DNA of 64,000 nt. Origin: Candidatus Schekmanbacteria bacterium. GTDB lineage: Bacteria > CSSED10-310 > JACPHN01. The notes beneath the pieces were generated by a model. It saw only the letters and a list, made by a program, of their open reading frames with translations, was not told the origin of the DNA and did no database searches. A program made the position numbers and the translations under genes. The DNA lies in assembly GCA_016188575.1 (NCBI GenBank), contig JACPHN010000012.1, forward strand, positions 8,197 to 72,196. Reading direction: 5' to 3'. Positions 8,665-18,294 of the stretch are shown piece after piece; position 1 is the first letter of the stretch, and each line of letters opens with the position of its first letter.

Positions 8665-8871
8665 GCACCGCCGGCCGCTAGCCCGCCGGTGGACGCCCCG
8701 CGCCGCCGGCGGCCCCGGCGGCTGCCGATCGCCGGTCACATACGGGGCCGGCTTCCCCAAGCGATGCAGCACGGACAACAGTTGCGCCTTGGCACCCGAT
8801 AACTGTTCCGAAAATACCCCGCTCGTAAACGCGAGAGAAAAGCCACGCCAGGCGAGGAAAGGAATCTACCG

Positions 8872-10077
8872 ATGACCATGCGCGTCACGGAGACCGGGCA
8901 CTCATACGATTTTCCACCAACGACCCAAGCCCCGATCCACATTGTCCGGCGCGGCGAAACCCTGTCGGGCATCGCACGCGAGCACGGCACCACCTGGCAG
9001 GAGCTCGCGCGGTTCAACAACTTCCCCGATCCCAATCATATCGTCGCGGGTCAGGCCATCCGCATTCCGGAGACGGTCCGCGGCTCGACCCAGCTCGACG
9101 ACGCGCCGGCTCTGGCGCGCCGCCCAACCACGGACGGTTACGAGACCGCCGCCTCCGACCGCTACGGCATTGCGGCTGCCGCTGCCGCAGAGGGCGGTGA
9201 TGCCGGCGCCGTCCAGCACACCACGCTCAGACACGGGAGCCACTCAGCAGAAGTCACGCAAATGCAACTACGGCTCGCGGAGCTCGGCTTCCCTCCAGGG
9301 CCGGCGGATGGCGTTTTCGGACCGGAGACTCGCGCGGCCGTGCGTAGATTTCAGAAGGCGAATCTGCTTGCGGCCGACGGCGTCGTGGGACCGCTGACCT
9401 GGTCGGCTCTCGATGCGGGTCGCGCGGCCGCGCCGCCCGAGGCTTCGCCGACAGGGCCGACGGTACCAGCTCCGGCGCTTCCCATGGGCGGCTTTGACGG
9501 CTCGCACCCGGCGCGCGCGGTTAGCGGCGTGCGGCCGTGGCTTCCCGTCGACGCCCCACTCATCAATGGCGAGGGAGACCGTTCTGCGGCCAGCTACGAT
9601 CAGGTCATCAATCAGTTCGGCGTCGGCAGAAACCGGCGCTACGAAGTCAATCAGCAAGGGCGCGACGACACGTACTGCAACATCTTCTCCTGGGATGTGA
9701 CCCGCGCCATGGGCGCCGAGATTCCGCACTACGTGGATCGAGACGGTAACCCCATGACGCGCGAAGCGGCGCTGCGAACGCCCGGCTATCGCGAGCTGAG
9801 CGGCAATCGCACGGCGCGATGGCTCCGCGACCATGGCGAGGATCACGGCTGGCGAATCGTGACGGCAGAGGAGGCACAACGGCGCGCCAATCTCGGACAC
9901 CCAACCGTGGCAACCCGCGAGAACCCCTCGGGCGCCGGGCACATCGCCGTTGTCCGCCCCGGTGAGCTAACAGCAGACGGCCCTGCCATCGCACAGGCCG
10001 GCGGTCGCAACTTCAATCGGGGCCACGTCCGTGACGGCTTTCACGGCCGAGCTCCTGTCTACTATTCCCACGACTGA
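8872..10077 (+). CDS. peptidoglycan hydrolase-like protein: LysM + PG-binding (PGRP-like) + C-terminal Cys/His (CHAP/NlpC-like) domain
   Basis: LysM (HIVRRGETLSGIAREHGTTWQELARFNNF..GQAIRIP). PG_binding_1-like (LRLAELGF..DGVFGPETRAAVRRFQ). A C-terminal YCNIFSWDV ... GHIAVVRPG Cys/His pair. GAGGAAAGG upstream. Confidence 0.65.
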   Translation: MTMRVTETGHSYDFPPTTQAPIHIVRRGETLSGIAREHGTTWQELARFNNFPDPNHIVAGQAIRIPETVRGSTQLDDAPALARRPTTDGYETAASDRYGIAAAAAAEGGDAGAVQHTTLRHGSHSAEVTQMQLRLAELGFPPGPADGVFGPETRAAVRRFQKANLLAADGVVGPLTWSALDAGRAAAPPEASPTGPTVPAPALPMGGFDGSHPARAVSGVRPWLPVDAPLINGEGDRSAASYDQVINQFGVGRNRRYEVNQQGRDDTYCNIFSWDVTRAMGAEIPHYVDRDGNPMTREAALRTPGYRELSGNRTARWLRDHGEDHGWRIVTAEEAQRRANLGHPTVATRENPSGAGHIAVVRPGELTADGPAIAQAGGRNFNRGHVRDGFHGRAPVYYSHD

Positions 10078-10125
10078 CGCACCACCGGCGACATCGCCGC
10101 TACCTCAGCGCCCCTGACTCCGCTC

Positions 10126-10614
10126 ATGCAAGGCAAACTTCGTGATCATTCCGGCTTCTATTACTTGCGGCCGCAAGGAATCGGCGCAGGATACACGGAG
10201 TACTTTGCTCTGTTTCGCGATGGCACCTGGCTTCAGAGCACCGAGCATCCGTGCCACGAGCACAATGAGCCGATTGACGAGCTCGTGCTGGCGCGCCGTG
10301 GCCAGTGGAGTGTCACCGAGAACCGACTCGCGATGATCGAAACCGAGCGCGACGTGTACAGGGGGGGCCGCTTCGACTGCCAGGGATTCTGGTGCGAACC
10401 GGCTGAAGGTCAGCTCCTCACTCTTCGAGACGATCTCGTGGTGGCTGTCGAGGAGGACCGGCTCAGCATCAGCATTGGCTCGGCCGCCACCGCCGGCGCT
10501 CGCGTGGCAACGCTCTGGATCGAAGGCACGCTGTACTTCAACCTGGGTGCTGCAGAGGACTTCGTTGACCCACCGGCGCCCTGCGGGCTTGACATCCGTA
10601 GGCCGTTGGCCTGA
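10126..10614 (+). CDS. hypothetical protein
   Basis: GC3-rich, balanced composition. The overlapping minus-strand ORF 10105..10722 is Arg-rich and less protein-like. No domain recognised. Confidence 0.4.
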   Translation: MQGKLRDHSGFYYLRPQGIGAGYTEYFALFRDGTWLQSTEHPCHEHNEPIDELVLARRGQWSVTENRLAMIETERDVYRGGRFDCQGFWCEPAEGQLLTLRDDLVVAVEEDRLSISIGSAATAGARVATLWIEGTLYFNLGAAEDFVDPPAPCGLDIRRPLA

Positions 10615-10727
10615 ATCTGAGCGCGATTTCGGGGCGAAATGTCGGCCTACGACAGGCTGGCCGAGCGGACCCACTTTTCGGACTGCCCCCGCCAACTGGC
10701 GGTCTTCCATTGTTGGAGCCACTATCG

Positions 10728-11207
10728 ATGAACGAAGCAGCCAAGAAAAAGGCCTTGCTCATGGTGCCCTACGGACTTCAGGTCCTCGGCGCCAAGAGCG
10801 GCGAGGCCATGAGCCTCTCCACGGTCAACTGGTGCACGCAATGCTCCTTCAAGCCGCCGCTCGTTGCGGTGGCGTTGAAAGTCGCGTCGCATACTCACGC
10901 TCTTGTCAAAGAGGGCGGCGCATTCTCGCTGAGCTTTCTCGGCACCGGGCAAAAAGATGTCGCATTTTCCTTCTTCAAGCATAGCCTGCCCGAAGGCAAC
11001 ACCATGGCCGGACACGCTTTCACCCTTTCTCCGGTGACGGCCTCGCCGGTTCTGCAAAGCGCGCCCGCCTGGGTTGAATGCCGAGTCGTTGGCTTCTACG
11101 AGCACGGCGATCATTCGCTCGTCGTGGGCGAGGTCGTGGAGGCGAGCGCCAACTTCGAGAGTGAGCCGCTTACCCTGAAAGAGGTTGGAGCAAAGTACGG
11201 CGGATGA
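10728..11207 (+). CDS. flavin reductase-like (FMN-binding split barrel) protein
   Basis: Flavin_Reduct-type pattern (..LSTVNWCTQCSFKPPLVAVAL..GGAFSLSFLG..). Its stop overlaps the next start (ATGA at 11204-11207). Confidence 0.6.
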   Translation: MNEAAKKKALLMVPYGLQVLGAKSGEAMSLSTVNWCTQCSFKPPLVAVALKVASHTHALVKEGGAFSLSFLGTGQKDVAFSFFKHSLPEGNTMAGHAFTLSPVTASPVLQSAPAWVECRVVGFYEHGDHSLVVGEVVEASANFESEPLTLKEVGAKYGG

Positions 11208-13138
11208 GCACTGAAATTCGCACGACGACCTGCAACCGGGATTGCCCGGACGCATGCCACATCGAAGTCACGGTCGAGCATGGCCGCGCGGTGAAACTCG
11301 CGGGGAGCAAGCGACACCCCGTGACCAGCGGCTTCCTGTGTCTTCGCACCAACCGGTTCCTGGAGCGGCACGCATCCCCCGACCGGCTCACCGCGCCACT
11401 GCTGCGGAGGAACGGAGAGCTAGCTCCCGTGAGCTGGCAAGAGGCGCTCGACCATGCCGCAACAGAGCTTCTCCGGATCCGCGGAGAATCGGGTCCAGCA
11501 GCGATTTTCCATTACCGCAGCGGCGGTTCGCTAGGCCTGTTGAAACATCTGTGCGACTATTTCTTCGAGCGCTTCGGGCCGGTAACGACCAAGTCAGGCG
11601 ACATCTGCAGCGGTGCTGCCGAGGCCGCTCAGGAGCTTGATTTCGGGGTCAGCGACAGCAGTGACATTTTTCAACTGCTGCGCGCACGTCAAGTCATCCT
11701 GTGGGGGAAGAACATTGTCACCTCGAGCCCCCACCTGGTACCAATCCTGCGTGAGGCACGGGGGCGCGGAGCGGAAGCCGTGCTCATCGACCCCGTGTGG
11801 AACAAGACCGCGCAGCTTTGCGACCGCTTCTTGCAAGTCCGTCCGGGTGGAGATCTCCCGCTCGCGATGGCGGTTGCCCACATCCTCTTCGATTCGGGCT
11901 GGGTTGACCCCGCAGCCGCGTCGTATTGTGGCAATTTGGAGCAATTTCGCGAGCTCGCGACCTCCAGAAGCGTGGGCTCCTGGTGCGCAAGCGCCGATCT
12001 CCCTGTGACGGACGCCGCCGACCTTGCCCGCCGTCTGGGCTGCGCGGGTCCCGCAACCATCCTCGTAGGCTGGGGCATGGGCCGCCGGGCAGACGGGGGC
12101 AGCACCGTCCGGGCTCTGGATGCGCTCGCCGCGGTTTCGGGCAATCTCGGCATTCCCGGCGGCGGCGTGTCCTTCTATTACCGGCGCCGTGCCGCATTTG
12201 ACCTGTCTTTTCTCGGCGGTGCCGCACGCGCTCCACGAACGGTTTTCGAGCCGCAGCTCGGGGCCCAGCTAGAGGCTCTTGACGACCCACCGATCCGCGC
12301 CGTTTGGGTGACCGCCGGCAATCCCGTGGCGATGCTCCCAGACTCGGCTCGCACCGACCGGGCGCTGCGCCAGCGGGAGCTTGTTGTTGTCGTCGACAGC
12401 TTTCTCACCGACACCGGCCGCGCCGCAACCCTGGTCCTTCCGACGACAACGATGCTCGAAGACGATGACATCGTTGGCGCCTATGGACACCATTGGCTCG
12501 GCGAGGTACGCCCCGCCTGCGACCGTCTGCAGGGAGTCCGCACCGACCTGGAAATCATGCAGGAGCTGGCGGCGCGCGTGGGGTTGGGAGCCGTGCTGGC
12601 GGGTTCAGCACGTGACTGGAAGCAGCGGCTCCTCGCCGTGGAGGGTGGGCAGCAACCCGTCTCTCTGGATCAGGTGTCGGCAGGGCCGATTCGCAACCCC
12701 CTGGCGCCCGACGTGCTCTTCGCGGATCGGCGCTTTCCGACGCCGAGTGGGCGAGTAAACCTCATGGCGGAGCTCCCGCCGCTTCCGGAGGTGCCGGCGC
12801 CCAGCACAGCCTTCCCGCTGCTGCTGTTGTCCATCTCCACCCCGCGTTCCCAGAGCTCGCAGCAGACTGATGCGTTGGCTGTGCCCGCGCCGGCCACCGT
12901 GCATCCGGATAGCGCTTGCGGCTTGGGCGCCGGTTCGGTCTGCCGTCTCGTCTCCCCCATCGGCACCATGGAGGTAACCTTGGTCCTCGACCACCGCCAA
13001 CGCAAAGATGTCGTCCTGCTGCCCAAAGGAGGACACTTCCATTCCGGGCACTGCGCCAACGCCCTGATCGGCGGGCGGCCAACCGATCTCGGTGGAGGTG
13101 GTGCCATTCACAGCGAGTATGTTCACATCGAGGCGTGA
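11204..13138 (+). CDS. molybdopterin-dependent oxidoreductase (MopB superfamily) with N-terminal 4Fe-4S Cys cluster
   Basis: CNRDCPDAC..C motif at the N-terminus. Molybdopterin oxidoreductase-like body. Translationally coupled to the upstream flavin reductase. Confidence 0.7.
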   Translation: MSTEIRTTTCNRDCPDACHIEVTVEHGRAVKLAGSKRHPVTSGFLCLRTNRFLERHASPDRLTAPLLRRNGELAPVSWQEALDHAATELLRIRGESGPAAIFHYRSGGSLGLLKHLCDYFFERFGPVTTKSGDICSGAAEAAQELDFGVSDSSDIFQLLRARQVILWGKNIVTSSPHLVPILREARGRGAEAVLIDPVWNKTAQLCDRFLQVRPGGDLPLAMAVAHILFDSGWVDPAAASYCGNLEQFRELATSRSVGSWCASADLPVTDAADLARRLGCAGPATILVGWGMGRRADGGSTVRALDALAAVSGNLGIPGGGVSFYYRRRAAFDLSFLGGAARAPRTVFEPQLGAQLEALDDPPIRAVWVTAGNPVAMLPDSARTDRALRQRELVVVVDSFLTDTGRAATLVLPTTTMLEDDDIVGAYGHHWLGEVRPACDRLQGVRTDLEIMQELAARVGLGAVLAGSARDWKQRLLAVEGGQQPVSLDQVSAGPIRNPLAPDVLFADRRFPTPSGRVNLMAELPPLPEVPAPSTAFPLLLLSISTPRSQSSQQTDALAVPAPATVHPDSACGLGAGSVCRLVSPIGTMEVTLVLDHRQRKDVVLLPKGGHFHSGHCANALIGGRPTDLGGGGAIHSEYVHIEA

Positions 13139-13195
13139 CCGACAGGTCGAAGCATTTCGTTCAGCCTGGCGGGGCTCTGATTCGGATGAGGAAGG

Positions 13196-14368
13196 ATGAG
13201 CGCCTGGATTCCGTTTCACAAACCGGATATCGGCGAAGAGGAAATAGGCGCTGTTGTCGATTGCCTGCGCAGTGGATGGCTGACGACGGGACCGAGAACG
13301 GCGGCGTTCGAAAACGACTTCGCGAGCTACCTCGGAGTACGCCGTGCCGTGGCGGTCAGCTCCTGCACGGCGGCGCTCCACCTTGGGCTGCTCGCGGCTG
13401 GCATCGGTCCGGGTGACGAGGTGGTAACGACGCCGTTCACTTTTCCAGCGACTGTCAATGTCATTCTCCATGCCGGCGCCAAACCGGTCTTTGCGGACAT
13501 CGACCGTGAGACGCTGAATATCTCCGTTGCCGCCGCTGAGCAGTGCATCAGCCGCCGCACCAAGGCGCTAGTGCCAGTCCATTACGCGGGACGTGCATGC
13601 CCCATCCGAGAGCTCCGAGCGCTCGCTGAGCACCACGGCCTGTATCTGCTACAGGATGCAGCCCATGCCATAGAGACCGCGGTGGAGGGACGATCCGTGG
13701 CGGGCTACGGACACGCCGCAGCCTACAGCTTCTACGCCACCAAGAACATCTCGACAGCCGAGGGCGGCATGTTGGCCAGCGACGACGAGGAGATCGCGAA
13801 TCGCGTGCGATTGCTGCGCCTGCACGGCATCTCGCGCGACGCCTGGAAGCGATATCGAGAGCCCGGCCACGGTTTGTTCACCTGCGAGGCCGTGGGGTTC
13901 AAGTGCAATCTCACGGACGTTCAGTCCGCGCTCGGGCTCGCGCAATTGAAGCGCATCGACGAGCTATGGGAAAAACGCCGGCGACGGTCACAGGAATACG
14001 ACCGCCTGCTGGGCAGCGCCTTGCCCGATGTCGCATGCGTTTGCCGTGTCGCCGAAGACTCGCGAGTCAGCCGCCACGCGCACCACCTGTACGTCGTCCT
14101 GTTGCCGCTCGAACAGCTCTTCGCCGACCGCGACACCATCATGCGCGCGATGGAAGAAGAGGGCATCGGCGTCAGCTTGCATTTCCAGCCGCTGCATGAA
14201 ATGCCACTCTACGCAAAGCTCCTTGGAACGTGCGCCGATGACTGTCCGGCCGCGAGCTGGGCGGGGCAGCGCTGCCTCTCATTGCCACTGTACCCGGGCC
14301 TCGAGAGCAGCGACCAGAGCCGCATCGTTGATTCGCTCGTCCGAGTACTTGACCGATTCCGGAGATAG
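13196..14368 (+). CDS. DegT/DnrJ/EryC1/StrS-family PLP-dependent sugar aminotransferase
   Basis: GAGGAAGG RBS. Typical DegT N-terminus (IPFHKPDIGEEEI..) and the PLP-lysine region YATKNISTAEGGML. Confidence 0.8.
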   Translation: MSAWIPFHKPDIGEEEIGAVVDCLRSGWLTTGPRTAAFENDFASYLGVRRAVAVSSCTAALHLGLLAAGIGPGDEVVTTPFTFPATVNVILHAGAKPVFADIDRETLNISVAAAEQCISRRTKALVPVHYAGRACPIRELRALAEHHGLYLLQDAAHAIETAVEGRSVAGYGHAAAYSFYATKNISTAEGGMLASDDEEIANRVRLLRLHGISRDAWKRYREPGHGLFTCEAVGFKCNLTDVQSALGLAQLKRIDELWEKRRRRSQEYDRLLGSALPDVACVCRVAEDSRVSRHAHHLYVVLLPLEQLFADRDTIMRAMEEEGIGVSLHFQPLHEMPLYAKLLGTCADDCPAASWAGQRCLSLPLYPGLESSDQSRIVDSLVRVLDRFRR

Positions 14369-14386
14369 CCCGATAGTACATCCATC

Positions 14387-14683
14387 ATGGCGAACACGTG
14401 GAATGAAATCGTCGTTGTCTGTCCGGGGCACATGGGCTTTGCCCAGATGCACGCCGCCAACGCCATTGTTTCGCACGCGCTTGGCGAAAGCGTCTCCTTG
14501 CGCTTTTCCATGACCGAGCAGGGGGTGTTCGTGGGCTCGCACGTCAGCAGCTCGCCGCTCCAGGGCATCGAGACGATTCAGGAGGCACTGGAGACGGTCG
14601 CAACAGCCGGCGGGCAACTCCCTCTCTTGCTGCTGCTCCTCCATGACGGTGCACTTCGCTACCAGTTGTCTGGAACTTTCTAA
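14387..14683 (+). CDS. small hypothetical protein (faint DsrE/YchN-like pattern), tentative
   Basis: 98-aa ORF, GC3-rich. IVVVCPGHMGF..A..A..HALGESV pattern. Poly-Leu tract. No RBS. Confidence 0.3.
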   Translation: MANTWNEIVVVCPGHMGFAQMHAANAIVSHALGESVSLRFSMTEQGVFVGSHVSSSPLQGIETIQEALETVATAGGQLPLLLLLLHDGALRYQLSGTF

Positions 14684-14741
14684 GGCACCGCTGGCGCCTG
14701 GCGCAGACGCCTCGTTGAAAGCGTGGCAATCGCGGAGAGCG

Positions 14742-16637
14742 CTACCTTGAAGGCGCCGTCACGCCGCCCACTGCCGGAGGAGCATCAGGTTGCGCCGGTA
14801 GGCGTACCGTAAGGACCGCCCCACCGGCTTGTCGGTTAGCCGCCCGTATCGAGCCTCGGTGGTCGGAGATGATGCGATGCGCGATCGCCAGGCCGAGGCC
14901 GGTGCCGCCTGCTTTCGTGGTGAAATACGGCGTAAAGACCTTTTCGAGCGCATCGCTCGAGATTCCGGTCCCGGTGTCCTCGACGGATACCTCGACGCCG
15001 GCGAATCCAGCGCCGTCTCCGGCCGCGTCCGGTGTTGCCTGCGGCGCAGATAGCGCCGACGTGCTGATCGTTAGCACGCCGCCATTCGGCATGGCATCCA
15101 CAGCGTTGGCGATGAGATTGATGAACACCTGTGACAGCAGCTCGGGATCCGCGGCGATTGGCGCCGGCGCCGATAGACGTGACGTAATCTCGATGCTCTC
15201 GGGAAGTCCTGAGTACAGCCCCATGCTTCGCTGCACTACGTCGTCCACCGAGCACGGCTGAAAGCTGGGAGATGGCAGCCGCGCAAACTGCGAGAACTCG
15301 TTGACGATGCGCTTCAGTCTGTCCACTTCCTCGAGAATCGTTTCCGTGCTTTCGGTAAAAATCTCGGCGAAATCCGGGTGAGAGCGCGTGTACGCCTTTT
15401 GCATGCTCTGGATGGAGAGCTGGATGGGGAACAATGGGTTCTTGATTTCGTGAGCAATGCGCTGTGCGATTTCCCGCCAGGCGGCTACCCGCTCCGCTTG
15501 CTTCAGCCGCTGCTCCGCGGACGACAGGTCGCGAGTCATGCTGTTGAAGGCGCGCATGAGCTCGCCGATCTCGTCACGGCGTGCTGTTGGCAGGGCGAGC
15601 TCGCGATCTCCCCTCGCTACGAGCGCAGCGGCCTCGCGTAAACTCGCCAGCGGTGCCGTCAGGCGCCGGGCGAGCAGCAGAGCAGTCCCGGCGGCCATCG
15701 GTACGCCGAGTGCAGCAATGACCCAAAAGGCTCGCTGCAACTGCCCGAGCATCTGGCCGAGCTCGCTGTTGGAGAACACGACGACCAGCCCGAATCCGGG
15801 GCTCTCGGCCACCGGCACGCTGCCCGTGGTGGTGGCTTCCGGACCAGCTCTGCCCAGCGGTACTCTGCGCGCCGCGAGGCCGGGTCCCGCAAGCGAGACG
15901 CGTCCCGTGGTGACTGAGTCCGGTGTGCGCGCCTCGAAAAGGCGCTCGGAATCGCGAGCGATTGCGAGCAACGACGCGCTGGAACCGCTCTGCCCGCCGG
16001 CTTGCGCGGTCGCCGGAAGCTCCACCGCTCCGGTCGAGGCCAGCCAGACCCGCGGCCCCATGCGGATCAGGATTTGAACGTTGAAGATCTCCTCAAGGCG
16101 CTGCAGTTCCTTCTCGTCGTACCAGGCACCGCCGGCGAGGAAGAAGGCCACGCTTCCAGAGCGCACCTCGTGGACCGCCTGCAGCGTCGGGCGCTCCACG
16201 CCGCCGGGACGTCCTTCCACGCGCAGCGAAACCTTGCCGGGCTGCTTCACCTGCCGCCGGTCGTCCGCGTCCACGTACCCGAATCTGGCCGGCCAATGTG
16301 CGCTGGACAGGAGCTGCCCGTTCTCGTCGACGATGTCGAGGACCTGCAAGTCGAGTCCTTGCGCGAGCCTGCCCGCAAGTCCAAAGGCCGCGCCTGGGTC
16401 CGGGCGACCCTGCTGGGCAGCCAGCAGCAAGCGGCGCATCTCGTCGCGCTCCGCAGCCGCGGCGACGCGCCGCTCGATCAGCGCAGCCTCCTCTTCGAAG
16501 GTGCGGCGAATCAGGCGCACCGTACGTTCCATTCGCAAGAGCGCAACATCGTCGAACTGGCGGGAGACCAGGTGGGCCCCGAGCAAGGCGAAGCCCAGGA
16601 TCGCAACCACGACCACCACCGCAAACGCCATGCCCAT
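14742..16637 (-). CDS. NtrY-like sensor histidine kinase (TM + HAMP/PAS + HisKA + HATPase_c)
   Basis: HisKA H-box AHEIKNPLFPIQLS and HATPase GTGLGLAIAHRII. The start is taken at MGMAFAVVVVVAILGF (ATG at 16637); the track ORF extends to 17015 through an Arg/Gly-rich non-protein-like stretch. Confidence 0.7.
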   Translation of the reverse strand: MGMAFAVVVVVAILGFALLGAHLVSRQFDDVALLRMERTVRLIRRTFEEEAALIERRVAAAAERDEMRRLLLAAQQGRPDPGAAFGLAGRLAQGLDLQVLDIVDENGQLLSSAHWPARFGYVDADDRRQVKQPGKVSLRVEGRPGGVERPTLQAVHEVRSGSVAFFLAGGAWYDEKELQRLEEIFNVQILIRMGPRVWLASTGAVELPATAQAGGQSGSSASLLAIARDSERLFEARTPDSVTTGRVSLAGPGLAARRVPLGRAGPEATTTGSVPVAESPGFGLVVVFSNSELGQMLGQLQRAFWVIAALGVPMAAGTALLLARRLTAPLASLREAAALVARGDRELALPTARRDEIGELMRAFNSMTRDLSSAEQRLKQAERVAAWREIAQRIAHEIKNPLFPIQLSIQSMQKAYTRSHPDFAEIFTESTETILEEVDRLKRIVNEFSQFARLPSPSFQPCSVDDVVQRSMGLYSGLPESIEITSRLSAPAPIAADPELLSQVFINLIANAVDAMPNGGVLTISTSALSAPQATPDAAGDGAGFAGVEVSVEDTGTGISSDALEKVFTPYFTTKAGGTGLGLAIAHRIISDHRGSIRAANRQAGGAVLTVRLPAQPDAPPAVGGVTAPSR

Positions 16638-16681
16638 CTTGGCGCCGAGCGAGCCGATCAAGATCCGGGCGAGGGACGCTC

Positions 16682-18286
16682 TCACGGACCTCGACGCTCC
16701 TTTCGCACGGGTTCCCGTTGGAGCCAGGCATTTTCGAGCAGCGGCACCTGTTCCACCGGGTCGAGCGCAACACCGATAAGCTCTTTGGCCATTGCATAGG
16801 CTGTGACAGGATGGTACAGCGGGACCAACAGTGCCTCGTCTTGGAGCTGCACGTCCAGGCGCAGGATCGCCAACGCGGCCCCAGCCTGGTCTGTCGCGTG
16901 CGGCCAGTCTGCCCACGCAGGCGGGCGCCCAGCGGCCGCACCCCGACTCCTGTAATCGCCTGCCATCTTCAATGCCAACAGCGCTAGCTCGGGCTCCAGG
17001 GTAGGAGGAACCCACTCTTCGATTGCCAGTCCTGGAGGCGGCGACTGCTCGTCAGCGCCGCCCCGCGCCCGCCCCAGGCTGGGTATTCCGGCCTGCAAGA
17101 GGTTCACCGCGACGCGATCCACAACCGACTGTGGGACGGAAAAATCGGGCGAAAAGAAGATCGACAACGGAGGCATGCGGGCGGCAGTGCGCGGAAGTGG
17201 GGTTTTCTCGCCGGGGTTGGCGGAGTCGTGCGGCGGCTCCGGAAGGGGCAGGATGGACGGCGGCAGCAGCGTCGATGCCACCACGCCCTGCCCCCCGAGC
17301 AGCACATCTACCAAGGACCTACGGTCCAGGATTCCCCGTAGCTCCACGGCGCGGCCTGCGTCGATCGGCGCCCCGGAGCCCGGTCGCAATGCCAGGACAA
17401 CGGTTGTTGCGGCCGTGCTCGTTAGCACCCCCAGCCGGGCCGCGGCGCTCTCCGCTGCAAGCTGCACGGGATCTGCGCGGGCAACATCCAGATCGCCGAG
17501 ACCGACCCGAAGTACGTGGTCTCGCGCCGCCGTGATCACATATTCGACGCCATCCAAATACGGTCGCCCGCGCGCGTGGCGCACGAAGGGTATGAGCGTG
17601 GTGCCGTCAGCGCCGAGCACAAACGGCCCGGAGGTCGCGATGACCGGTGCAGGCCCACTGTCACGTCCGCCGCGCCGAACAATCGCCATCCAGGGCAGCG
17701 CCAGTCGCCAGATGAACGACGGATCGTCGCGGTCGAGCGTCACGGAAATCCCCGGAGCGCTCGTTACCGCGATGCCGGCCAGATGGGGCGAAGACCCAGA
17801 AGCGAATTCTGCGAAACCGGCGACCGGATCGAGCGTCCACGCGTAACTCGGGTGGCGCGCCACCGCTTCAAGGCTGGCGCGCACGTCATCCGGCAAAAGC
17901 GGCGACCCATCGGAGAAGCGAAGGCGCGCATCGAGCACCAAGTCAATGCGGCGACCTGACACTTTCACATCCGATGCCAGATCCGGTTCAACTCGCCCAT
18001 CTCGAATGCGCACGAGATGCCCGTGGATTTGCCGAGCAACCACGCGCTCGTCGGCGGCGAATGGCCAGCCCAGCGGCTCCAGCACCGCCTGGCTCGGTCG
18101 CTCGCTGACCGCGACCCTGATAATGCCTCCATAGGCGGCACCCACACGAGCGGTTGCCTCCTGGGCGAATTCGCCCAGGAGCAACGCCCCGCCCAGCAGC
18201 ACCCGCAGCGCGACTCCGCTTGGTTTGGCGACGCCCCTCAGGCGCACGCGGTACCGTTCCGGCATGGCAGTGCGCCCGTTCGACAT
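16682..18286 (-). CDS. family-5 solute-binding-protein-like periplasmic protein (SBP_bac_5-like)
   Basis: Signal-like N-terminus. DppA/OppA-type patterns (IIRVAVSERP..LDP, PFVLGADGTTLIPF). Immediately upstream of the histidine kinase. Confidence 0.55.
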   Translation of the reverse strand: MSNGRTAMPERYRVRLRGVAKPSGVALRVLLGGALLLGEFAQEATARVGAAYGGIIRVAVSERPSQAVLEPLGWPFAADERVVARQIHGHLVRIRDGRVEPDLASDVKVSGRRIDLVLDARLRFSDGSPLLPDDVRASLEAVARHPSYAWTLDPVAGFAEFASGSSPHLAGIAVTSAPGISVTLDRDDPSFIWRLALPWMAIVRRGGRDSGPAPVIATSGPFVLGADGTTLIPFVRHARGRPYLDGVEYVITAARDHVLRVGLGDLDVARADPVQLAAESAAARLGVLTSTAATTVVLALRPGSGAPIDAGRAVELRGILDRRSLVDVLLGGQGVVASTLLPPSILPLPEPPHDSANPGEKTPLPRTAARMPPLSIFFSPDFSVPQSVVDRVAVNLLQAGIPSLGRARGGADEQSPPPGLAIEEWVPPTLEPELALLALKMAGDYRSRGAAAGRPPAWADWPHATDQAGAALAILRLDVQLQDEALLVPLYHPVTAYAMAKELIGVALDPVEQVPLLENAWLQREPVRKERRGP

Positions 18287-18294
18287 GTCGATCG

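Noticed and set aside
10105-10722. 205-aa minus-strand ORF
   Set aside because: Arg-rich, unprotein-like composition. The overlapping plus-strand ORF 10126..10614 has better codon bias.
16638-17015. N-terminal 130-aa extension of the histidine kinase ORF
   Set aside because: The extension is Arg/Gly-rich and overlaps the upstream SBP gene. The internal ATG with a hydrophobic TM start (MGMAFAVVVVV) is the plausible start.
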